The notes beneath the pieces are model-generated. The model had not been told where the DNA came from. It saw nothing but the letters and a program-made list of their open reading frames with translations, and ran no database searches. This document shows positions 11,575 to 24,000 of a DNA stretch of 64,000 nucleotides, piece by piece (the stretch's first letter is position 1; each line of letters starts with the position of its first letter). The position numbers were made by a program, and so were the translations under genes. The stretch is from NCBI RefSeq assembly GCF_947568905.1, contig NC_079167.1:11036001-11100000 (forward strand). Direction: 5' to 3'. The stretch is from Ostrea edulis (lineage: Eukaryota).

Positions 11575-14119
11575 CGTTTTATATCAAACTGTTATATTTA
11601 AACTGTGACATGAACTTTTTGGGAAATCAATTCTTTTATCAGACTTCAACAATCAACCAGCGTTTGTCAATTTGCCTACGTCCTCGGTATTTGCTCTGAA
11701 TGAGAATATCGGAACAAACCAGTGTATTTTCACGATCCAGTGGTACGATCCAGATCCCACGGACGCCGTCACCTTAACTGTTTCCTTCACACCGACTTCT
11801 GACTCCGTCTCTGTTGATGCATCATGTAAGTTGTGGGAAATTCTTCAAAATACATTTATGCACATTCCACTATATAAAAAAATCATGTAAATCAAATGAG
11901 GAAATTATGATAATGTATTTCCTGTTTAAGCTGGAGAAATTAGAACAACCAATAAAAAAGTTAAATACGAGAGCATGAGCAATCGTTTGACCAATTTAAC
12001 CTGCTCTGTGTCAGACGGAAAGACTGTGACGTCATCAATCATTGCAATACTTTTCACCAACATCAATGAAGCGCCAGCGTTTTATAAGGCTGTGTACAAC
12101 ATATCACGTGATGAAGGTTCGGTAGGTAGCAATTTTTTTTTATGAAAAAGGGCAGTTACAAGACAGAAACAATAAATTGGTAATTCAATAAATAAAGTAT
12201 GTAATTGCTTCTAATACCGTACAGTTTTAGGTTTTCATCTACATATAGATTGTTCATTCAGGCGTATATTTTATGTAACGGTTATGATTGTAGTATGGAG
12301 CAACATTCCCCTCCCCATCGTTTTCCGTCAGTGATCCAGACGAAAACGACGTTCATACATATGGAATGGAATGCGGCTCTTTCAGCAAGTACTTCGGTAT
12401 GAATGCCAGCACAGGGGAGGTCACTCTTGCTGCTACTTATCACGTGGACAGCGAGAGACCATCAACTCTCATATGTACCGCAGTAGTCTGGGATGCTGGG
12501 GGGCTTATCTGCCAACGCTAGCTTGATTATGTATTGACAGATATTAATAACCACTCGCCTAAATTTCCTCAAGAAAGATATACCTTTGCGGTGTCAGCGG
12601 AAACTCCTGTCGGTGCAAGCGTGGGGAATTTGTCGGTATCGGACAATGACGTAAATGTTTACAGTAGTTTCAATCTTACTCTGACTAATCAAGATGTGGA
12701 CTACTTTGCAATCAGTGACAATGGAAGTTTGTACGTCAACAGAAATCTGACTGATATCGGATACCAAAATGTGTAGTTTTATTGCAAAAGCGGTAGACTT
12801 CGCAGGAAACACAGGGACGGCGATCGTTACAGTATTATTTTATGATGTGAGATGTTTGCATTTTTCCTTTCTTTAAAGATCAAGATGCTCGTATGAAATG
12901 AAATGGTGTTGTAAAGAATATAATGATATCAAATATGTTTCACTTGTGTTATGATAATTTTCAGACCACATCTATCAGCTCAACCACCAGTACAACGGAA
13001 CAACTGTGGGGTTTTACCGACAGTATTGGCAATGTCCTGTGGGTAGTCGGGATGGGTACTCTATCCTTACTGTTCAGTATCGGCTGTGTTGCTTTTTTTT
13101 TTTTTTTTTTTTTTCTTTTTTTTTTTTTTTACAAAAAGTTTAAAGCCCCAGTAATCAGGTATGGACAGTATCAATAATAGCTTTTAAGACTATAAAACAC
13201 CGAGAATAATAGAATGATCTATTTCTGAGACTGAATAGCTATTTTCAGATCTATACGCAGAATTAATCAACATCCGAAACTAGCACCAAGGAAGAAAATA
13301 GCCTCGAAGGTTTCTTTCCGAGCTCGGTCACCTGATAATATGTCGGTAAATACTGATCCAGGATCAAATACAGAAATGGTTCGAACCGTGGATCAATATC
13401 TGCTGGAAGGAGAGATTTCAGTTCATAATCACGTGATGAGTGCAAAGGAAAGGACACAAAGGAAAAGGCGCTGACAAAATAAAGCTTTAGTGCAATTTCA
13501 TGTGAATAGTGAAGTGGACTCCATCATTTCTAACGAACCAGAAACAAATACAGAAAAAGTGAACATGTTGAGGAAGATTGGTAGTCATACCAGCTGGATC
13601 TTCATGCAAATTATTTGTAGGTAAAGAAAGACAAATGCTTCATTAAAATATAATGTAAGGGTATATTGTATGATATAAATCTAAAAAGAGGAAAACTTTG
13701 TAAAATGCCATACCTTCTTGCTTTCTCTAAATCTACCGGGTATGTCGTAGCCGCTGTCTGGGATTAGAAACACCACAGCAATGAATTCACACTCACATTG
13801 GGACTTTCAAATTTAATCATATAAATACATATAGATTTTCCAAAAAGAATTTTGCAATTGCTCTGTATCTGATTACATTGATAAATTACGTTATATATAC
13901 AATCAATATAACAATCGATGATGTATTGTTTGTTTCGAAATTGGATCTTCAGAATGACCATAATGCAAAACACGCTGTGGAAGATTGGTAGTCCGTGATT
14001 TAGAGAGTTTGGGCATTCATTATCTTTTTTTCAAAGGAAATAAAAAATCCCGTTGTTCAATACTTATTTGATAGGAAAACGGAGAGTGTGTTAACCAACG
14101 AGGTGTTTTTCACAGCCAC

Positions 14120-14205
14120 ATAGCCCACTTGGTGGAGTACCTGATTAGAGATTCAGAAGGCATGGGTTGGAATCCCTGTTTGTTCCACTATATTTCATCC
14201 CTGTT
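14120..14205 (+). mobile_element. Short degenerate tRNA-derived SINE
   Basis: A-box-like tagcccacttggtggag and B-box-like gggttggaatccc. No intact cloverleaf or acceptor stem. Confidence 0.5.
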
Positions 14206-15099
14206 TTTTTTTTTTGTTGTTTTTTGTTTTTTTGTTTTTTTACAAAAGTAAATAAATATCTCATTTACATTAAGTTTTCAAAAATGATGGCGTAATGGAA
14301 TGTAAAAATAAAAATAAAAAAAATACACAAACATGATAACGACGAATGCAGTTTATTATATGGCTAATATTCTTTCAGAAATGATATTTTTCTAAATCCT
14401 TAAAACTTTTAGCATGCAATATCTATTCCATTACTGATAGCCAACTTTCATGAAATAACCTTCCGAGTAGGCCTATCAAGTTAAACGTTATTGCCCGCTT
14501 AATTCATATAAACAAAGATGGCGAACCAGTTATCGTTTGGTAAGCCCTGGTAGCCGGTTTCGATATTTTGTCTACTATTATCAATTAATTCTTATAGTAT
14601 TTTGACCTACAATTATAGTTAAGGACCAGCAAAAATCATTATTCACAATTTGAAACTTTCACATGCATTGATCGATGCAATACCGTTGAAAAGGTGCGTT
14701 ACTGTAATATTGCAGGCATTCATATAAGTGCCAATAGTTTCAGTTTCTAACTTAACGAGAAAATGAATAAATTGCGAACATGAAACAACTGAAATATAGA
14801 TTAGTTCACAAGCACGCAATTTCAAACCCAACTCGGCCAATATTCACCAAGTTCAATAACCCTGTATTTTTTATATAATAGCATGTAACAGAAAACAATG
14901 AATGATATATATATCTAGAGAAATCGATGGGATTAATGTAAATCTTTCCTAAAGTTCACACCATATTGCTGTCCCTAAAGACTTTGTCGCGACCTTTGCC
15001 TGAAAAAAAGGGAAAATGTAAAATTAAAATACCGGTAAGGAATAAATAGGTAATAATCTATTTCACCTACATTTTCGGTGCTGTTATTCTAAAGATATG

Positions 15100-18000
15100 T
15101 TAGTTTATAAGGTCGTTACTTTTGGCTTTCTTGGGTTTCTTCTCTTGTTTTGGATCGTCGGGTGGCGGTGCTACGGGATCGGACGACGGAGGTGAGGAGG
15201 AGACGTTAATCAGCCCGCTGCTTCCTCCTGGAATGCTCGACGCACTGCATGATAGGTATACACATTCAAAAATTGAATTACACTCGATGTATCGCACAAA
15301 ATATCCATTACCAGGATCAAAGAACAACACATCAAATCAAATAAAAGCACATTGTTATAAAATAAAAGCAGTTGCTGACCGAAATTAAATGTACCTGCTA
15401 GTGAACGCTTTTACAGCAACATAACTTCCAGTTGCTAATAATGCTATTCCCCCCATTCCAACAGCAGTCATCCATAGCGTGTTCTTGGCGTCATTTCCGA
15501 AACTCCCCGGGGTTTCAGTCGTTGTCACAGCAACAGTGGTTGTTGTCTGTCAAATGAAAAAGTTGAAAAATACTGCTATTTTTAAACATCCAAGAATATG
15601 AAGTCCAAACTAGAAATATTTATCTTACCGGTTCAAACAAAATCACAATGTTGGCCGTTGACTCTAGTGGAGGCGACCCCAGATCTCTGGCTTTTAGCTG
15701 GAACTCGAGATAAGATCCGAAAAAATACAGGCTCAAATTCTGTGCCACGGCGAATTCTTTAGTAACGTTATCATACGAGAAATAATTTTGTCCAGATGAA
15801 TCTGTAGGCTGGTTTTCGAACCAAACACGTCCTATTGAATTGTGTGGGGCAGTTAAATCTGCATCAGTTAGCGTAATTAATCCAACCACTGTACCAAGGC
15901 TTACACCGGGCGATAAGGAATACGTGTAATATTTCTGATCAAATCGAGGCGCATTATCATTGACGTCATAAATGATGATGTACAAGTCTGCTGTGTCGGT
16001 AAGATATCCTTTATCGTATACCGTAACGTTGCACGATACCATTCTTGGAGCTCCAGTATCAACATCTACCACACGTCCAAACGAAATGGATCCGCTTGTA
16101 TGATCGAAGCTGAAGTAGCTAGTGTTTGCTCCACAGTCCAGCGTGAAGAAGTGACTATCGGTGGCGTCCACATCTGTAAAGACGTATGCTGGCGGATATG
16201 GCGACAATTGTGTACCTGCCTATAAAAATGGATGTGAAACATTTTACTTTTAAAAGTTTAGATCAGCATAGGGGATAGAATGAAACAAGACATAGTAAGC
16301 AAAGTGAAAGAAGACTGTAACTACTATATAGGATAAAGCAAAACAAGACTGCTACACATCATAGTGGGTGAAATGAAAGAAGACTGTGAGTAAAGTGAAA
16401 CAAAACTCTGCAACGTTTTCTGTTTGCTTTGGTCTCGATTTTGAATTTCTTAGAGGATTATGTGATTATTAGTTATTTTCACCTTTTTCATCATAGTGGG
16501 TTATGTGAAAAAAGATTCTGTAAATCATAGTTGGTAAAATGATAAGACTATGCTGTGCTGAGGTCAAACGATACAGATTTGTTATAAACGTAATTTGTTA
16601 TATCGTAATATGTTTAAAACTACAAGGAAAATTACTTCGCTGTAAGCACGGATTCATTTTAAGCATGTTCGCCGAAACCCTGTTTTATTGTAACCTATCA
16701 CAAGGGTCATAGTGGGTAAAGAAAATAAAACTGACTTACTATAGTGGGTAAAGTGAGACAAAACTCAGCAACTTACCTTAGTGCTTAAAGTGAAACAAGA
16801 CTCATCAACTGATCATAGCGGGTAAAGTGAAACAAGACATAGTGGGTAAAGTGAAACAAGACAGTGGATAAAGTGAAACAAGGCATAGTGGGTAAAGTGA
16901 AACAAGACATAGTGGGTAAAGTGAAACAAGACTCATCAACTGATCATAGCGGGTAAAGTGAAACAAAACATAGTGGGTAAAGTGAAACAAGACATAGTGG
17001 GTAAAGTGAAACAAGACATAGTGGATATAGTGAAGCAAGACATAGTGGGTAAAGTGAAACAAGACATAGTGGGTAATGTAAAACAAGACATAGTGAATAA
17101 AGTGAAACAAGACATAGTGGGTAAAGTGAAATAAGACATAGTGGGTAAAGTGAAAGAAGACATAGTGGGTAAAGTGAAATAAGACATAGTGGATATAGTG
17201 AAACAAGACATAGTGGGTAAAGTGAAAGAAGACGTAGTGGCTGAAGTGAAACAAGACTGTAACTCACTGCTCCTTCGTTAGCAGTGACAGTGTACACAAT
17301 TGTCTGGAAGGTTGGAGCCTCGTTGATGTCTCTGATGTGAATTCGAAATCCATTGCTAACTGTTGAGGTACCATCACTTACTACAACTGTTATATAGTAA
17401 TTTGTTCTTGGCAAGGTTTCATAGTCTATTTGGGTATTGCTTGTGTATACATCCGCTGTAAACAATGTTTTTGGCATTAATCTGACAGAATTCACAATAT
17501 TCCCTATTTCAGATAAAGGTTGTTTTCAGACAGACATAAATTACTTACTGTTGTCCTTGATGGTAAAGTAAGTCCAGTCTCCATTAGTTATTGTGAAAGT
17601 CGGTGTCAGCGTGTCTACATCAAGGTCATAAAAGGTCACAGTAAACAGATACTGGTTAGGGGGTATGTTTTCGTTGATGACGATGTTATTAACTGTGGGA
17701 AGGCTGATGAAAGATGGGCTATACCGGTAACCTGTATATAACGGAACAAATTAAAACATGTGGTTTTACAATACAAATATGATCATTACACAATTCAAAT
17801 CAAGGGCCTCAGAGTCGACATGTCCACGATTTCCAACGAGGGAGGGTATATACAGCACAATTTTATGAGCTTTAATTTTCTTTATCTTTAAGGTATGGTA
17901 AAACAAAAGTGTTATGCTTAACTAGATATCTGTGGAATTTCAAGATCATAAACTAGGAACACGACACATCGGCTTGAGGAATTTACCCACAAAAGCTTCA

Positions 18001-21000
18001 AAAGTTGTGTGAACATCAAGTTAAAGATCAAAGGTCACTAACCATAGTACCCACACATCACGCATTGGTATATGTCAAATATCAAAAGTCTACCACAAAA
18101 GACAGTAACAGTCCGGACTCAACTATTTGCAGCAGGTATCGATACAAATTATTCTCTTGAAGTCTTCAAATATTTTGATTGCCTCTTCCTTCGTCTTGTT
18201 TACATGAAGTATTCCCGCAAAAATGTACCACGTGAGAATATAATGATGTTAACTCGTTCGTTGTTTATTTATTTAAACAAAGCAAATATAGAATTCATTT
18301 ACTCATTTCAGATATATTTTTCTAGGAAGTCCCGTAGTGACCTTGACCTTTGACCCCAAAATCAATAATGTTATTCTTCTCTTGATAACAAAGCTACATA
18401 TGAAGTATCAAATCAATCGAACAAAAAAATGTGGCCTGTACATAGAGTGTCTCCAAACTCAATTTAACACACACACACACATGGTCCCGTTAGTACATGT
18501 ACATGTATATCCCTTCTAACAATGGATTGCGAGGGGATAATAACTTACCGGTAAGGTGAACCGGTATATATCTAGTTTTCGATTTCGTCTGACCGTCTGT
18601 TACGGAGAAGCCCACGTTAAAACCACCCTTCCACCATCCTGCCATGCTTTGGTTGTACTCTACCAATCCCGCTTTCAACGTGAAAAATAACGAAATAAAG
18701 CAGATCCTGTCTAATATCATGAGATTCAAGGTCCTCATCAAATAACAAAATGTTTCCTTAAATCTTTAACAAATCAAAATCTCGGTTGAATATTAACAGC
18801 TTTATTCAGTCCAAACTTACTCGTGTCATCTAGCATCCAAAGTGGACATGAATAAGGCCCACAGTATTCAAAGGCGTATGTGAATTGTGAGTTATCTGGA
18901 TCTGTGGTAGCTAGAGTTATGAAGTCAGTCATGTTGGGTCTGGAACTGGCACTGTAGGAATAACCGGTGGCTGTGTAAAAAAAGATAATGCACTATGAAC
19001 TATAATGATTTAAAAGAATTCAAAGTGGAATCATGATGAATATTGTGATAGTACTTGCACATACATGGTTGTATTTTTACCGTTAGAAATATGCCATTTT
19101 TCAAGGTATGAGCAAGAAGACAAGTCACAACTTACTGTTGGTATTGTATAACAGAATCTATCACTTACCTGGAATGTTGCTTAAGAAGGGTCGAACGTTG
19201 CGCTGCAGGAACAATTTGAAATATCCAAAAACAGGACTATTTTTTCCATCATTGCAGGAAAGTTTTATTGTGTATTTCTTTGTGGTGTCATAACTAAAAC
19301 CGGGGTTGTCGTTTAAAACCAAATTGTAACCTGTAACATATGACATGATGAACACCATTTCTCCATCATTATTTGATATACGATACTGTATGGTTCTAAA
19401 TTGCACTTACTCATCGAGGAAGCACCGTTGAGAACAAAATTGGACGTTGCAGACGATGGATCGACTGATTCAATTGCACAGGTCACTGTGTTATCCGTGT
19501 CGTCTTCCACGGTCAGCACGTGGAGGGTTATGCTGGTTTGCTGGTTCTCCGACAACGTCATAACCGCGGGTAGTGACGTTATTCGTGGAGGCTGAATTGC
19601 ACATATAATAATTTTAGAATCTACCACGGTTATTACGAGGATCAAAGAAATGCTGCAGTCATTATTCTGCGATATACCATCATACGTTATAACTGATTAT
19701 GAGAAAATTGATAATCATCTCGCTTGCACTTCGTATTTTGCTAATTAAAGTTGATGGCTGATAATACAATTTCAGAATCATAAAAATCAATCAATATATG
19801 TTGTAAAACAAATTCATAAATGACTGAGGAACATTTGTCATTCAGTATAATTATCCAATCGTCTGCATTCCGAGAGAGATACGTGCAAACATGGCGATAC
19901 ACAAACAAGTTTTTCTTGAACTGTGTATTCAAAGCAATTGATTTAATCCATTAACATCAAACTAAATATTTGAAATACTTTTAAATTACTTGAAATAAAA
20001 TAGATTTAGAATACCCCTACCATCTCACCTTTTTCGTCAGCAAAAATCAATGTAGGCCATTTAGGAAACTGCCATGACGTCACAGTGACCTAATTCGTAG
20101 CTATATAGGAAAGTGATTGACTGTTTATTTCTGAGTCAACGTAGAATAGAAATAAAGTTCTTGTTTTCATGTGTGTTGCAGGGTAACCTCCTTGGTCTCG
20201 AAATATTGTTTGAAATATAAGAGCCTCGGCTTTTATATTTCAAAACACATTTCCTCGACCTCGGAGGTAATCCTGCAACATACATGAAAACGCGATCTTT
20301 ATTTCTTAATTATACACGAGTAACCTTTCTCAAGGGAAATTATGGATGATACGGGATATATTTCTCATCCCCCTACTTACAGTATTGGAAGCTGTTACGG
20401 ACAACGAGCCGCCGGATATGGTGGTATTAAGACAAGTCTTCCTGGCAGTAAACGTCATTACGTATGTCTGCCCAGTGACGAGTGTTGCACTAGTACTCAC
20501 ACTGCCTGTGTTTGCAATAAAAGTAGTTATGGCTGTACGCATGCAGAGTGAGAAAAAACAAATTTGATATCAAATAGAATTTTTCTGATGTTCTAAATTC
20601 ACCTGTGTCGGAATTCCAAGTGAATTTTCCACTTGGATCACTCATGGACTTGGTTAGCATATCCTGCGAACGTTGTCCAATCACAAAATTGTACACTGGT
20701 GTTCCGGACGGAGCGCTGTCATAGAGATGTATTGTCCTGCCTGAGTTTACAAACCACAACTCGCTCGTATCTGAAAATATGAATCCAAAAGGAGTTTGGA
20801 AGTTTCGTACATGCAGCTACGTCAATAAAAAGTTCTTCTTAAACAGTAGCTGCAGATATGTAGCTTAAACAGTAGCTGCAGGTATGTAGCTCTCTGGAAA
20901 AATATTGGGACAGATCAGAGAGGTACAGATCCACCCATTATAAGTATTCTTACATCGCCAAAAAATTGCATTAAAGCCCCATGCGACCCGAGAATTCACA

Positions 21001-24000
21001 GCTTTAAATGACTTCGTTTGTAGCCACTTATTTTTATTATTCTTTGAATATATAGCTTTCACAACAATCATAAGAATTGTTAACAATATAATGAAATATT
21101 TAAATCATTACACTTTATCCAGGGCAAATATGCCGGTAAACCGAAAGTTAAGAATTTTATGATTATTTTCTTCTTCTAATTCCTAACACTGAATGAATAA
21201 AGATCATTCTTGCAGAATGAATTGAACAGAAGATTTGTGAAGGGTGTGGTTTCGTGGTGAAGAAAGCTTCCTTTAACTCTGTATAAACTTTAGAGCAGCC
21301 ACTTTCACATTAAAATCAGATAAAAAATTAACATTAAAATCAGATCATAGTAGTATTCGCCCTATGCATGCACCAAAATAACGGGATTCCAGAATCCTTT
21401 GTGTAAAATAATCACGTACCATTTTCCAGATTGAGTTTAATGGCGAACTGAGCGTTGATGGTTGTGGAGGAAGACACACTTTTTGTGGTGCCGACTGTGG
21501 TAACTCCCCAGGAGAAGCGCTTCTGGTTGTTACTTCCGCTGGACGACGTGTACGGTATTATTTCCTGTCCAGGACTGTACCTATCCGGATTAGAAATTTA
21601 ACAAGTTAAATGAAGATTATTTATTTCTCTAGAATTGGAGTACTTTAATGATTTGTCTAACCATATTGTTGAAGAAGGAAAGATATTACCATCCCACTTT
21701 GTCTCCATCGTTTACCGTAATTCGTTCATTATCTGGGACTGTGTACTTCACAATTCTGTTAGTGTTGGAAGCTAAAAGCGATAGACAAAGTGTAAAGGAT
21801 TTGCGATGAGGCAATTTAACAAAACGCTTTAACGATTATGTAAGAGTGACGTACAATGTACGTATAAGTAGTTGTAGCCAACCAGTTTGTAGGATGAGGA
21901 TCCGGAGACGGGACGCCAAATCTGTAGGTAAATAGAGCCAGACCTTTTGGGATAGAAAGTCCAAGACTCAATGCTCCCACAACACGATATGGTGGACAAA
22001 GTGTCCTCAAGGATGTACGTTACGCCTGAGTGAACAAAGGTTTTTGAAATATTTCAGAATGATTAAATGGGCGGTTTAGATAATTCACAGATACCTTATA
22101 ATTTTCTTTTGAAAATAAAACCATTCAGCAAAACATAATCAAAGTTGTTTATACCTGTATTGCTATTGAGAGATGAAGTTTTTGATACATCACCGCCTCT
22201 TTCAAAGCCACCACCGGTATCGCAATCTGCAACGAAAACGTCATACAATATGTGTAGAGAATATCACATGATGAAATTCAAGGAGTATTCCATCTGTCAT
22301 ATACGTATTCTCCCTTTCATGTTAATACGATTTTTTAATAGAAGAATGATTTGTCATTTATTATCGAACTTTCAGCAAAAGAAGAATAATCCATCAAATT
22401 GTAATTAAAGATTTACCAATATCTGCGTAGTTTTTATTCTTAGTATTTCAAATTATAGTTAAAATTTATTTTGACAGTTTTGTACTCTTCTGAAGTTTCT
22501 GCATTGAAATGTTAATGTTAATTCTTGGCCTTTTCCTGGAGCATTTCGGTGAAGGGTCCTCACGATCAGCTGAATTTTAATAATAATTTCAGATGCTAAC
22601 ATTGCCATGGTGTGTATATTCGGATAAGAATTTACAATGATGTCCTCCTGTCCTCCGTAAGGACACAAATAAATCTAAGAAGAATTATTTTAGCACACTA
22701 AAACTGATGTCTTCCCTTCCATTTTCCATAGTTTACGTAAAAGGTCAAGGTAAATGGTCATCAAAAATGTTACGCGACACACTATCTTATCAGGGTATAC
22801 CAACATACCAAATATCAAAGGCCTATGTCAAGACAAAAAATTATGGTTCGAACAAAAAAACCCAACCCAAATTCTTTTTATCATTTGACCTTTACATAAA
22901 AGCTTAAGGTCAAAGGTCATAAAAATGAAACACGACACAGTTATATAATGGTATACCAACATACCAAATATCAAAGGTCTATGTCAAAAGAGAAAAAAGT
23001 TATGGCTCGGACAAACTTTGTAAGAGAAGAGGAATTCACATTAAAACATGTCCCCCTTCCAAGGGGGAGGGGAGACATAAAAACATCAACACGCGTCATA
23101 GGGTCGGGGGGGGGGGAGGGGGGGGGGGAGGTGTTGGTCCTGAGTCACCTGAAAATGCAATATAGAAAAAGAACCCCAAAACACAAATTAACACAAAATT
23201 TCCAGAGATTTGGTAATCACAGTCGAAAATTGTTCTAGATTTGAATGGTGAAAATAATGTTTGATGCCTCATAAAATGAGAGTACCAATTCAATTCAATT
23301 CTTTATTGTCCTTGAGTAATACAACTCATCGGAATACATCTAGAACATGTACATGTATACACACAATATATCTAATTTTATAAGGTAACAACAGGTGAGT
23401 GGACAGTAGAAGATAGGAGAAGAAATACCAAACTCCCGGATGCGTAACTCGGACGCAGTTTACCCCAAGATTGATCAGAGGTATAAATGTCTAGATGTTG
23501 CGTGATTGGCTAATATCAAGAGTGAAATTATTTGGAATTAAAAGAAATATTATAGAAGTTTAAATTAATTGTCGGGATGAAAAATTATCGCATAAAATCG
23601 AGAAATGACTGAGGAAATTACCATGGTAGGGTTGTGTTTGAAATAAAAGGTGTAATTCATTGCAGACCGTTATGTGTTGTAAAAAAAAAAGTACTAATAT
23701 GACCTATAAAAGCAACGGTGCCCTATATAATTTTTAAAATCTTTTTTTTAAATTAGGACTTGAAATGAACTTTCAAATGCTGGGGTTCTTTGTCTAAAAT
23801 TGATATAGTTAATTAGTGAGGGGGCAAAAGGTTAGTATTAAGGTATATGGGAAAAGAATTGGTACTCTCTTTCCTTTAGTGTTAATAAGAGCATGAAGAG
23901 AATAAACAGATAGCGCATTCAACATATATTAAGAGTCTGAATCTTCCCAATCACCATGAATCTGGAAATATAATACTCAGAGTATGAAGTGAATAAAAAA

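Larger units (their letters stand above)
7538..13474 (+). pseudogene. Probable pseudogene paralogue of the cadherin-like receptor (6 cadherin-like repeats, TM, tail)
   Basis: Exons 7538-7705, 7803-7915, 8096-8297, 8795-8956, 9051-9195, 9281-9409, 11643-11825, 11931-12121, 12294-12846, 12965-13158, 13249-13474. The phase series matches the minus-strand gene and three exons have identical length (168, 162, 183). Motifs: NINEAP, VSDPD, DINNHSPKF, VSDND. Lesions: 9051-9195 leaves in phase 2 where phase 1 is needed; compensating indels with in-frame TAG near 12500-12535; frameshift near 12773; poly-T tract in the TM exon. Confidence 0.75.

Noticed and set aside
16805-17254. ORFs with FHFTHYVL / CFTLPTMS / LVSLYPLC repeats
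   Set aside because: Translations of the 24-bp intronic minisatellite. The real exon ends at the donor at 17267.
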